Positions 49,025 to 58,074 of a DNA stretch of 64,000 nt are shown piece by piece (positions within the stretch are counted from its first letter, which is position 1; each line of letters begins with the position of its first letter). Origin of the DNA: Cyanobacteria bacterium P01_F01_bin.150 (GTDB lineage: Bacteria > Cyanobacteriota > Cyanobacteriia > CAKZMO01); NCBI GenBank assembly GCA_039189765.1, contig JBCCYL010000024.1, forward strand, positions 1 through 64,000. Reading direction: 5' to 3'. The notes below the pieces were generated by a model. The model was not told where the DNA came from, searched no databases, and worked only from the letters and a program-made list of their open reading frames with translations. The position numbers and the translations under genes were made by a program.

Positions 49025-50626
49025 GTGACTGTACCAAACCCCATCCGTAACGAAGACAAGCCAACCGCCGATACCTTCTCTGAAACGTTGGCACCAACCC
49101 AGCCCGTTAAAACATCACCATCTTCTAAAAATCTTATTCAGAAGGGATGGATCCTGTGGCAACGCTGGTTAAAAGAAACACGGACCCGTGTTTTACTTAT
49201 CTATGCGCTCAGCATGTTGGGGGTTACTGCAATCTCTATCCCCATTTTTCGCACTCTCTTATTTGCCCAAGTTGGCGATCGGGTCCAATCCAATTTACTC
49301 AAAGAAATTGATGAGTTTCAAGATGAATATAGAAACTGGGTCACCACTGTCTCCCCCACAGATAGGGAGATGGATACGAATGCAGCATTAAGATCTTTTA
49401 TCGATGACTTTATTAGAGAAGAGTCCCCAGAAGATGATAACTATCACCTTTTCTTCTTAAATAATGGTAGCCCTGACAGTCAGTTTTATCGGGCCACGCC
49501 CCCTGCATTACCAGACATTATTCACCCCGAGTCAGAATTAGTGAACGAATGGCTGACCCAATCTTTACCTGAAAAGCCGAATAATGAATCACGACTCGTA
49601 ATTCGGGGTGAAGATGCGGTAGCCGATTCAGAAATTGGCTCAATCCTTTACAAGGTAATTGCCCTAAATATTGATAATCAGCGTCAAGGTTTATATATTG
49701 CCGCCCATTTCACGGCTGGAGAACGGAGGGAAGCCTTTGGTGGAGTATATATTTTTGCCGCAGTAGCGCTGTGGGTCGTCCTGGTCTCATTTCTTTTAGC
49801 CTGGGTTGGCAGCAGACAACTCTTCGCTCCGGTGCGTTCCCTTGCAACCGCAGCTCGTTCTATTGGGAGGCACAACTTGTCAGAGCGTTTGAACGTTCAA
49901 GGCAGAGGAGAACTGGCCGATTTGTCCTCCACCTTCAATGCCATGATGTCTCGACTAGAAACGGCGTTTGAAACCCAGCGCAAATTTATCAATGATGCCA
50001 GCCATGAATTACGGACTCCGATTACGATTATTCGTGGCCATCTCGAACTTATGGGCACAGACCCGGCTGAACAGCGGGAAACCTTGACCTTAGTAATGGA
50101 TGAATTGGATCGGATGACGCGTTCAGTCACCGATTTGCTGTTGCTGGCCAAAGCCGAACGCCCAGATTTTCTTAGGATTGAGAGTATTGATGTCGAGGCT
50201 TTTACAGAGGACGTTTACCAGAAAGCGATCGCCCTGGCTCCTCGCCAATGGTCGCTAGTGAATAAAGGCACTGGCATCATGATGGGCGATCGCCACCATA
50301 TTGCTGGAGCAATCCTTAATCTGATTGGAAATGCCATCAAATATACCCATGAAGCCGATACGATTGAGGTCGGATCAAGCTGCACTCACCGCAAAATTCA
50401 ATTCTGGATACGTGATACCGGAGAGGGAATTGATCTGAGTGACCAAACTCGGATTTTTCAACGATTTGCTCGGGCCTCTCACTCATCGGGCCAATCTGAG
50501 GGAGCTGGTCTGGGATTAGCAATCGTCAAAGCTGTGGTAGAAGCTCATCAAGGACACGTTGAACTTACCAGTCAACCAGGAGTGGGTTCCAACTTTACCC
50601 TCGTTTTTCCGTTAGAGATTGATTAG
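49025..50626 (+). CDS. Two-component sensor histidine kinase (periplasmic loop-TM-HAMP-HisKA-HATPase_c)
   Basis: H-box ASHELRTPITIIRGHLEL, N/G-boxes ..LIGNAIKYT.. ..GLGLAIVKAVVEAH.GHVELTS.. Confidence 0.85.
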   Translation: MTVPNPIRNEDKPTADTFSETLAPTQPVKTSPSSKNLIQKGWILWQRWLKETRTRVLLIYALSMLGVTAISIPIFRTLLFAQVGDRVQSNLLKEIDEFQDEYRNWVTTVSPTDREMDTNAALRSFIDDFIREESPEDDNYHLFFLNNGSPDSQFYRATPPALPDIIHPESELVNEWLTQSLPEKPNNESRLVIRGEDAVADSEIGSILYKVIALNIDNQRQGLYIAAHFTAGERREAFGGVYIFAAVALWVVLVSFLLAWVGSRQLFAPVRSLATAARSIGRHNLSERLNVQGRGELADLSSTFNAMMSRLETAFETQRKFINDASHELRTPITIIRGHLELMGTDPAEQRETLTLVMDELDRMTRSVTDLLLLAKAERPDFLRIESIDVEAFTEDVYQKAIALAPRQWSLVNKGTGIMMGDRHHIAGAILNLIGNAIKYTHEADTIEVGSSCTHRKIQFWIRDTGEGIDLSDQTRIFQRFARASHSSGQSEGAGLGLAIVKAVVEAHQGHVELTSQPGVGSNFTLVFPLEID

Positions 50627-50637
50627 GAGAAGGATCC

Positions 50638-51312
50638 ATGACTCAAATCCTTATTGTTGAAGATGAATCCCGTATTGCCGCCTTTGTGGAAAAGGGACTA
50701 AAGGCTGAGGGCTATTCCACAGTGATTGCAACAAATAGTGCCGATGCAGAGGCGATCGCCCTGGATGGCACTGTTGACTTAATGGTTCTGGATCTGGGTC
50801 TACCGGATAAAGATGGTCTGTCTCTTCTGGGCGATCTGCGTGGGCAAGGGTTTGCAGCTCCAATTATCATTTTGACGGCCCGTGATGACATCAACGATAA
50901 GGTGTCTGGATTTGAAGGCGGGGCCGATGATTATATGACCAAACCTTTTCGATTTGAAGAACTGTTGGTGCGTGTTAAAGCCCGTCTCCGTAGAGCGACC
51001 CCGACCCCAACCGCGACTGAGACCATGAGCCTACACATTCAAAACGTAATCCTGGACCTGCGCACCCGCTGTGTCACAGTAAACGGCCAGGAATTAGAAC
51101 TATCGGCCCGTGAGTTTACTCTGATCGAGACGTTTATGCGCCACCCCAATCAGGTTATGAGTCGGGAACAACTGTTAGATAAAGTATGGGGGTATGATTA
51201 TGCTCCAGGCTCTAATATCGTGGACGTTTATGTCGGCTACTTACGAAAAAAAATAGGAGCCGATTTTATTGAAACAGTTCGCGGTATGGGATATCGCCTC
51301 AAAACGACCTAA
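50638..51312 (+). CDS. OmpR/PhoB-family response regulator (REC + winged-helix)
   Basis: ..ILIVEDESRIAAFVEKGL..DLMVLDLGLPDKDGL.. and C-terminal ..RVWGYDY...NIVDVYVGYLRKKI.. Confidence 0.9.
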   Translation: MTQILIVEDESRIAAFVEKGLKAEGYSTVIATNSADAEAIALDGTVDLMVLDLGLPDKDGLSLLGDLRGQGFAAPIIILTARDDINDKVSGFEGGADDYMTKPFRFEELLVRVKARLRRATPTPTATETMSLHIQNVILDLRTRCVTVNGQELELSAREFTLIETFMRHPNQVMSREQLLDKVWGYDYAPGSNIVDVYVGYLRKKIGADFIETVRGMGYRLKTT

Positions 51313-51329
51313 TCTTTTTTCAAGAATCA

Positions 51330-51395
51330 ACGGTTTCGTTTTAAGGCGAAACAGAATTGACGGTATTGTGGGCGCGTCGCGCCCACAATACCCGC
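51330..51395. repeat. Hairpin repeat (copy 3 of TTRACGG-stem-loop-stem-CCGCCTAAA family) in convergent intergenic region; may also act as bidirectional terminator
   Basis: gtttcgttttaaggcgaaac small hairpin followed by ggtattgtgggcgcg tcg cgcccacaatacc perfect 15-bp stem. Confidence 0.65.
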
Positions 51396-51427
51396 CTAAA
51401 TTTGATATCCGAAATCAACCCAAAGTG

Positions 51428-51991
51428 TTAAGCCATAAACGATTCGTCAATCTTAGCTGCCATAATCAAATCTCGCTGTAGCTCATTGCCAAACATAAAA
51501 TCATGTTCGCCAACCGCTTCAAATCCATATTTGCGGTAAAAAGCGATCGCCCTCGGATTATGCTCCCACACCCCAAGCCAGATAACGTCAGCGTTGTCCT
51601 GGCTTGCTATTGTTAGAACCTGGCTCATGATTTTATGAGCCACTCCTTGCCCATGCCACTTCTTTGATACATACAAGCGACGTAACTCTGACGGGCGATC
51701 GGCAACCACAGAGGCTTGAGGTGCGTGTAAAAGAACTTGGGCAAAGCCCACTGGCTGACCATCCACCTCCCCCAACAGCACAACACTGTTAGAGCCGATA
51801 ATTTCAAGCCGTTGAACCTCAGGACCAAAATTCTTTGCACAGTAGAGGTCCAGATCAGAGCCATTGTTTTCTGTTGCAAACGCGTCGCGAAAGGTATACT
51901 CCGCCAGATGAGCCAGCACTTCTGCATCGTCGATGTCAGCTCGTCTGATAAACGCTTGTTCCATCGTTGCCATTATGACCGGTCCCTCCAA
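51428..51991 (-). CDS. GNAT family N-acetyltransferase
   Basis: ..RRLYVSKKWHGQGVAHKIM.. acetyl-CoA binding motif A region, ~187 aa. Confidence 0.75.
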   Translation of the reverse strand: MEGPVIMATMEQAFIRRADIDDAEVLAHLAEYTFRDAFATENNGSDLDLYCAKNFGPEVQRLEIIGSNSVVLLGEVDGQPVGFAQVLLHAPQASVVADRPSELRRLYVSKKWHGQGVAHKIMSQVLTIASQDNADVIWLGVWEHNPRAIAFYRKYGFEAVGEHDFMFGNELQRDLIMAAKIDESFMA

Positions 51992-52041
51992 TAGCTAGGT
52001 TAAACGCCCAGTGGCCTGCTGCCCACAGGGTAGTGTAGTAG

Positions 52042-53472
52042 CTAAACTTTTTTGAATCGTTCTTTTGCCGCTTGAAACGCTTCAGTCATCGCCTGTTGAA
52101 TGCGATCGGGATCGGGCTTTTTTCCTCCCATTACATCCCCAAAGTACACACAAGCGCCTTCACCCAACGCCCAAGTGTAGGCTGCGGCCCACGATGCTGC
52201 AACTACGCTGCCAAAGCCAGGAATAAACTTAATCAGTTCTCGACCGATGGCCTGGGCTAGAAATCCACCGGCGATCGCGCTTACAATTCCCCCCGCCTGG
52301 GACGTCGAAATTTTCTGACCGTAGAGCTTACCCAACAGTCCCACCATCGACACCTGGAGCGCCGTCAAAACGGGCATAGTTGCAAAGGGCAGCGGCACTG
52401 CCGCCAAGGTGGCCGCCATTGTTGCAAAAGCCAACATATAACGACGTCCCACTTCCCGATATACGGACCCCAACTGCTCATTAGCCTGCTTACTTGCATC
52501 AGCATCCAATAGTTGACGAATCGTTCGCGCCTCCGCCTCTGGTAACAGCTCCGCCAGCGTATCCCGCAGCGCTTCCAATCCATAAAATACAGGACTATAC
52601 CCATCCTCCTCCAGAGTAAAATCAATCAATATTGCCCGATCCCAAAGGCCATCAAATGCCTCTTTCACAGATTCAAAGGCACGATTGACGTCTTCCATCA
52701 TTGGAGGGTAGTCGGGATGATTTTCAACGTCACTGGCATACAGCTCATGGACACAAGTAACCACCAGAAGACAGGGAATAGCTGGAGAACCCATCGACTC
52801 TGCGCCCTGGAAATATCGTACCTGCTTCACAATGTCCCTTAACGACGCAACGGCAAAATCATTAATCTTCACCGTCAAAATCAGCACCCTCGCCTGCTGC
52901 TTCTCTTTCACCCCACCCTCTAAATTTACATCAGCAAGACCAGAGTTATTGTCCGTCTGAACAACGGTGTTGGGTTTCCTACCGTCAACCCAACCTACGC
53001 CCTCATTCTTCCTCCCCAACGCCCCAACTCCCCAACTCCCCAACTCCTCAACTCCCCAACCCTCTACCAACTCCTCCACCCAACTTTCCGTATCCTGAGC
53101 TACATCCCCCAACCCAACTGTGTCCGTAAAAATAAGCAGAGGAAGCTCTGCGGAAGGATAGGCATACCGCTCCGTATTCTGAGTATGGGGCCGAAACCCC
53201 TGACCAACGATGTCCGCAGATACGCCAGTCAGCCCTCGAACGATAGAGCTTTTACCAGCCTGGGGTTTACCAATTAAGATGGCTTCTGTAGTGGGTAACT
53301 GTCCTCGTAGGCTCTCTAAAATTTCAGCAATCTGTTTATCGTCCACATCTAGCCACCGTGAGGATTTTCGTGCTAGCCAGGCAGATAGTTCTTTAGGAAA
53401 AGATGCAGGATTGAGCTTTTCAAGATTTAGGTGCTTTAGGTATTGGGACGTTTGCTGCCAGAAGTCGGTCAT
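52042..53472 (-). CDS. P-loop GTPase with C-terminal DUF697 membrane-associated domain (YcjF/YfjD-like), carrying in-frame STRR-like repeat insertion
   Basis: G1 GKPQAGKSSIVRGLTG, G3 ..FTDTVGLGD..; C-terminal hydrophobic DUF697-like region; (CCCCAACT)n repeat at 53014-53075 encodes WGVEELGSWGVGALG. Confidence 0.65.
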   Translation of the reverse strand: MTDFWQQTSQYLKHLNLEKLNPASFPKELSAWLARKSSRWLDVDDKQIAEILESLRGQLPTTEAILIGKPQAGKSSIVRGLTGVSADIVGQGFRPHTQNTERYAYPSAELPLLIFTDTVGLGDVAQDTESWVEELVEGWGVEELGSWGVGALGRKNEGVGWVDGRKPNTVVQTDNNSGLADVNLEGGVKEKQQARVLILTVKINDFAVASLRDIVKQVRYFQGAESMGSPAIPCLLVVTCVHELYASDVENHPDYPPMMEDVNRAFESVKEAFDGLWDRAILIDFTLEEDGYSPVFYGLEALRDTLAELLPEAEARTIRQLLDADASKQANEQLGSVYREVGRRYMLAFATMAATLAAVPLPFATMPVLTALQVSMVGLLGKLYGQKISTSQAGGIVSAIAGGFLAQAIGRELIKFIPGFGSVVAASWAAAYTWALGEGACVYFGDVMGGKKPDPDRIQQAMTEAFQAAKERFKKV

Positions 53473-53684
53473 GGCGTCGTCGTTTTTTTGAATATCGATC
53501 TTAAGCTTAACTAACGTTGATCCGCAAGTTTGCTATGCCGTTGGGCAAAATAGTTTTAGCCGTGGACCAATTGCAAAGAAAAACGTCGCCAATGTTACGG
53601 TTTATTTCGTTGTTTTTCACATTCAGAGACAGGACATGAGTCATACCGTATCCTCAAGTCTATAGGAGAATAAGATTGTGACTT

Positions 53685-54422
53685 ATGTATCAGCCTTTTC
53701 GTGAGCATTTAGAAACTGAGATATTTACTCGATTTGACGACCTTCAAGCTCGTCCTATTCCTCCTGGATTAGAGTCGAACGTTAGGAGTCATGGACGCCA
53801 CCCTGCGACGATTCAGAGCTGGTGTTATCAGTGCGGTCCTTTGCGAAAAATTCGTTACACCTACATTGATGCAGGTCCTGCGGCTCAGATATTTAACAGC
53901 GTCATTTATCCCGATCATCGCTACGATTTGCCATTCTTGGGATTAGACTTTCTGTCATTTGGCAGCGTTAAAAATCTTGTAGTTCTCGATTTTCAGCCCT
54001 TATTTCAAGATGAAGATTATCAAGAAAAGTATATTCATCCTCTGAGGGCTTTGCATGCGAAGTATCCAGATCTAGCTCAAGATCTGGAAATGAAGTACTA
54101 CGATGCAAACCAGTATTTCTCTAAGTGCCTGCTGTTTGCTAAAACCGATCCGGAAACCATTAAAACTAGGCTGTTTGAGGCCTTTAAAGACTATCTCAAC
54201 TTGTATTGGGAGTTGCTAGATAATGCTGAGCCATTTACTGATGCAGCGGACATCGAACGTATTGCTCAGGCTCAAAGAGACTATGATCAGTACAGTGCCG
54301 ATCGTGATCCTGCGTCAGGGTTATTCAAGAGCTATTTTGGTCACGAGTGGGCTGAGAAGTTTCTTTACGAATTCCTGTTCGAAGATGCTGAACCCGCTGT
54401 AGTGGGAGCGACTCGCACATGA
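53685..54422 (+). CDS. pebA: 15,16-dihydrobiliverdin:ferredoxin oxidoreductase
   Basis: FDBR family; ..[55 protein letters not shown].. ; 4-bp ATGA overlap with following FDBR paralog. Confidence 0.8.
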   Translation: MYQPFREHLETEIFTRFDDLQARPIPPGLESNVRSHGRHPATIQSWCYQCGPLRKIRYTYIDAGPAAQIFNSVIYPDHRYDLPFLGLDFLSFGSVKNLVVLDFQPLFQDEDYQEKYIHPLRALHAKYPDLAQDLEMKYYDANQYFSKCLLFAKTDPETIKTRLFEAFKDYLNLYWELLDNAEPFTDAADIERIAQAQRDYDQYSADRDPASGLFKSYFGHEWAEKFLYEFLFEDAEPAVVGATRT

Positions 54423-55192
54423 CTTTGTATCAATCATTCTTAGACTATGCGATCGCCCAGCTAGAAGAACACCTTGATATTCAACCCTATCCTATTCCGG
54501 AAGGCTTTGAGACAAAGTCTGCCATTGTCGGTAAAGGAAAGCATCAAAACGAGGTGCAAACCGATAGCTATGGTTCTTGTTCTCCAAAGCTTCGCCAGAT
54601 AAGGGCGGCCCATGTTAAGGGAGGGGGTGCGTTTCAGGTCCTTAATTTTGTGATTTTTCCCCACATTAACTACGATTTGCCATTCTTTGGGGCTGATTTA
54701 GTGACCTTGCCTTCAGGCCATTTGATTGCCATTGATATGCAGCCCCTGTTTCGGGATGAGCCTGAGTATCAGGCGAAGTATGCCGATCCAGTGATGCCCA
54801 TTTTTGAAAAGCATCAGCAAAATTTGCCTTGGGGTGGTGATTTTCCTGATGAAGCACAGCAGTTTTTCTCTCCGGCTTTTCTATGGACTCGTCCCAAGGA
54901 AACATCCGATGTAGAGACTCACGTGTTTGATGCGTTCAAAGACTATCTCCACGCCTACATTAATTTTGTTAAAAAGGCTGAACCTGTAACGGATGAAGCG
55001 AAGCTTCAGGAGATTGAAGCGGCTCAGTTACGTTACCTTCGGTATCGCGCAGAAAAGGATCCTGCCAGGGGGATGTTGACTCGCTTTTACGGCCCAGAAT
55101 GGACCGAAGAATATATTCACGGATTTTTGTTTGACCTAGAGCAAAACCTTGACCAAGAGCGACAATTAGCTAGGGCTGTGGTATTGGCTTGA
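54419..55192 (+). CDS. pebB: Phycoerythrobilin:ferredoxin oxidoreductase
   Basis: Second FDBR paralog (257 aa) ..[49 protein letters not shown].. ; canonical pebA-pebB order. Confidence 0.8.
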   Translation: MTLYQSFLDYAIAQLEEHLDIQPYPIPEGFETKSAIVGKGKHQNEVQTDSYGSCSPKLRQIRAAHVKGGGAFQVLNFVIFPHINYDLPFFGADLVTLPSGHLIAIDMQPLFRDEPEYQAKYADPVMPIFEKHQQNLPWGGDFPDEAQQFFSPAFLWTRPKETSDVETHVFDAFKDYLHAYINFVKKAEPVTDEAKLQEIEAAQLRYLRYRAEKDPARGMLTRFYGPEWTEEYIHGFLFDLEQNLDQERQLARAVVLA

Positions 55193-55255
55193 TGATTGTC
55201 ATAAAGTAGAAGATAAAGTCCACAGAAGCCTGCCCTTGACGGTACGGGAAGACTA

Positions 55256-55669
55256 CTAATCACTCGTCGCATGGGCTTTGAGATCATCCAAGGAGACATA
55301 TTCCAAAGCGCTTGCATGGGTAGCATCAAGAGCAACGTTTGGAGCCCTTTTAGCATCCATCGCTTCTTTCCAGCGAGAGGCACATAAACACCAGCGATCG
55401 CCCGGCTTTAATCCTGGAAATCGATACATTGGTCTAGGCGTACTTAGATCATTGCCTCGCGCCTTAGTAAATTCTAGAAACTCTTCAGTCATTTCAGCGC
55501 ACACCACATGTGCTCCCATGTCTCCAGCTCCAGTACGGCACATGCCGTCTCGATAAAATCCCGTCATCGGATCGGTGCAGCAGCATTGTAGGGGGCCGCC
55601 CAAAACATTGGTGGCAACAGGCGGATTGTTTGCCTTGACGGGGTTTCCAGATATATCGTTATTGGCCAT
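55256..55669 (-). CDS. DUF2237 family protein (Cys-rich, uncharacterised)
   Basis: ..TGFYRDG.C.TG..D.G.H.VCA.MT.EFL.F....GNDLSTP.....FPGLKPGDRWCLCA.RW.EA pattern. Confidence 0.6.
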   Translation of the reverse strand: MANNDISGNPVKANNPPVATNVLGGPLQCCCTDPMTGFYRDGMCRTGAGDMGAHVVCAEMTEEFLEFTKARGNDLSTPRPMYRFPGLKPGDRWCLCASRWKEAMDAKRAPNVALDATHASALEYVSLDDLKAHATSD

Positions 55670-55754
55670 AGCTGTTTCCCGCTGATTCTCGTTTCAAGTT
55701 GAGTTCTTTGCCGTTTAATATTGGCGCTTTGAATTGTAGCACTGCAAGAGTCCC

Positions 55755-55845
55755 ATATATGAAGGGGGCTTAAAACTTAAACCGGGAAGGACTAACGGGA
55801 AATTGGGGGCGCGAAGCGCCCCCAATTTCCCGCCTTAAAATACAA
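55755..55845. repeat. Copy 2 of ~80-nt structured interspersed repeat (same framework as 28915-28998, different but self-complementary stem)
   Basis: gggcttaaaacttaaaccgggaaggactaacgggaaattgggggcgcg aag cgcccccaatttcccgccttaaaatacaagccc. Confidence 0.75.
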
Positions 55846-55927
55846 GCCCTTATTTTTCACAGGGGTTAAAATACGAGAGGTTAACGTTCATATTCTTAAC
55901 CGCATTCTTAAATTACAGCATAAAGTA

Positions 55928-56899
55928 ATGAGTCCATCTGCCACTCAGACGTCTTCTATCTCTGCTCCAGACGCATCCAAGTCTGGCTCTGGGGCTGTAT
56001 TAAATTCAGGATCGGTTGACGCGATCGCATCTTCTTCCAAGCCAGACATGTCATCTAAATCTGTCGATAATCTGTCTGATTCTCTAGAGCATAAATTGGA
56101 TACCCTTCGGCAGCTATTTTTAGACATGGAACAAGCTTTAATTGCTTACTCTGGAGGTGTAGACAGTACGCTGGTGGCTAAGGTCGCCTATGATGTGCTG
56201 GGCGATCGCGCCGTTGCCATCACCGCAGATTCTCCCTCTTTGCTACCGGATGATTTAGAAGATGCCCGCATTCAGGCTGCGGCCATCGGTATTGCCCATG
56301 AAGTTGTGGCCACCCATGAGATGGATAATCCGGCCTACACGTCAAACCCAGTAAACCGCTGTTACTTTTGCAAGAGCGAACTACATGACACCCTAAAACC
56401 ACTGGCCCTGGAACGGGGATTTCCCTATGTGGTAGACGGAGTCAATGCGGATGACCTACAGGACTACCGCCCAGGGATTCAAGCCGCGAAGGAACGGGGA
56501 GCGCGATCGCTCTTGGCCGAAGTGGGCGTTAGCAAGAAGGAAGTCCGTCAGCTATCCAAAGCGCTAGGATTAAGTTGGTGGGATAAGCCTGCTCAGCCCT
56601 GTTTAAGCTCACGTTTCCCCTATGGTGAGGAAATTACCGTGGAGAAATTGCGGCGAGTGGGTCAAGCAGAACGGTATTTAAGAAAGTTGGGATTTACGGA
56701 TATTCGTGTCCGCTCAGATGGTGATACGGCTCGAATTGAGGTTTTACCGGATAAAATTCAGTCTTTTGTAGCCACAACTGATTTGCCAGCACTAGTGGCA
56801 AAGCTACAAGACTACGGCTTCTTTTATGTCACTCTGGATTTGGAGGGCTATCAAAGCGGTAAGTTAAACCGTGTGCTAGCCAGCCATATTCATAAATAA
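55928..56899 (+). CDS. LarE-like PP-loop ATP pyrophosphatase (TIGR00268 family), with Ser-rich N-terminal extension
   Basis: PP-loop ..LIAYSGGVDSTLVA.., ..NPVNRCYFCK.. and ..PCLSSRFPYGEEIT.. conserved in LarE/ThiI-like sulfur transferases. Confidence 0.75.
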   Translation: MSPSATQTSSISAPDASKSGSGAVLNSGSVDAIASSSKPDMSSKSVDNLSDSLEHKLDTLRQLFLDMEQALIAYSGGVDSTLVAKVAYDVLGDRAVAITADSPSLLPDDLEDARIQAAAIGIAHEVVATHEMDNPAYTSNPVNRCYFCKSELHDTLKPLALERGFPYVVDGVNADDLQDYRPGIQAAKERGARSLLAEVGVSKKEVRQLSKALGLSWWDKPAQPCLSSRFPYGEEITVEKLRRVGQAERYLRKLGFTDIRVRSDGDTARIEVLPDKIQSFVATTDLPALVAKLQDYGFFYVTLDLEGYQSGKLNRVLASHIHK

Positions 56900-56954
56900 G
56901 CTTGTATAGAATGAGGGGTTTGCCTCTAATCACATCGCCGCTCAGGAATTATCC

Positions 56955-57197
56955 ATGCTGTGCTTGTATCTGTTGCAAATCAGTCTGGACCAAGATGGAG
57001 ACGGGGGGGGCTATTTTTGCCCAGCAGCTCACGGTGATGACACCCTGATTGGTGGTGTCTGTAGCAATATCTTTGTCCTTCGGAAGGGCTACGGTACCGA
57101 CCTGATTCGTGACTTCAATATCGGGGAAGACCTAGTTCGTCTCCAGGGTAGCCTCAGCCAAAGGACTCATCAAGCTATTTGGGCAGCATTTTATTAA
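56955..57197 (+). CDS. Orphan 80-aa ORF resembling a C-terminal fragment of an RTX/hemolysin-type Ca-binding protein (possible gene remnant)
   Basis: ..GDDTLIGG...NIF.L.KGYGTDLIRDFNIGEDLVRL.. resembles terminal repeats of RTX proteins; no upstream coding continuation. Confidence 0.25.
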   Translation: MLCLYLLQISLDQDGDGGGYFCPAAHGDDTLIGGVCSNIFVLRKGYGTDLIRDFNIGEDLVRLQGSLSQRTHQAIWAAFY

Positions 57198-57199
57198 GG

Positions 57200-57880
57200 T
57201 TAAACCACTTTCGCCGATACTTTATCAGTCACATCAGCGGCATTAAGGGCAACCATCACGACCTCTGAAGGATCATAAATAAGATCATAGGACTCTTCAG
57301 TTGCTAGAGCTTGCATTGCCTCGCGAACCTTTTTGTCGGCTTCAGCTTTAATCTTCTGAGCATATTGCTCTTTGAGATTCTTGATGTCTGCCTGATCTTG
57401 CTTTATTTTTTCGATGAAACCCTTAGCTCGTTGATAGAGCGCTGGCATTATGGTGAGCTGGTAATCGTATGAATACTCTGAAAGTTCTAACTCCCTGTCC
57501 TCAAGCCTCCAATCCTGCTCAATAAAGTACACCTTTGATTTCCCATACCAACCACCGTAGCGACGTTGATCAACGGCAGAAACGAATTCTACTGGATCGG
57601 GTTGGCCAAGGTCTTCCATATAGGCTGCTAGCTCAGGAAAACGCTCTTTAAATGGCTTCCCTCCTACGAGAATTTCACTCGTACCATAATAACCGCACAT
57701 TTCTTTTTCTTTCTCTTGCTGTTCAGCATATAGCTTTGCAAAGCTATCCTTATGATTTTCTATGGATGCTTGTTCACGTAAAATGTCTGCGGGAGGGTTG
57801 GCCTCTAAGTCTTTAATTTTCTCGGATGAATACTTTTCTACAATTGTGCTGACTGAAACGTGGCCAACTTTTATACTCAT
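57200..57880 (-). CDS. Hypothetical protein with C-terminal coiled coil and OmpH/Skp-like tail; AT-rich; immediately downstream of STAND NTPase gene
   Basis: 226-aa ORF, K/E/Q-rich coiled coil (..IKQDQADIKNLKEQYAQKIKAEADKKVREAMQAL..), tail ..YDLIYDPSEVVMVALNAADVTDKV.. ; no signal peptide. Confidence 0.45.
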   Translation of the reverse strand: MSIKVGHVSVSTIVEKYSSEKIKDLEANPPADILREQASIENHKDSFAKLYAEQQEKEKEMCGYYGTSEILVGGKPFKERFPELAAYMEDLGQPDPVEFVSAVDQRRYGGWYGKSKVYFIEQDWRLEDRELELSEYSYDYQLTIMPALYQRAKGFIEKIKQDQADIKNLKEQYAQKIKAEADKKVREAMQALATEESYDLIYDPSEVVMVALNAADVTDKVSAKVV

Positions 57881-58074
57881 GATGATTTTTCTTGAACTAG
57901 GACATGGTTAGCTAATCATCAAATTGTAAAATCCAGGTAAAATGGGCCAAGTCAGGGAGATAAATCTTTTGTAAGGTGGGTACATCCCTAGAAGCAAATG
58001 AGAAAAGCGATAGTGAAACCCATGCAGGTTCTTGGTTTCGCTCCTGATTCCGTTGGTAAATTTTTTTGACATGG

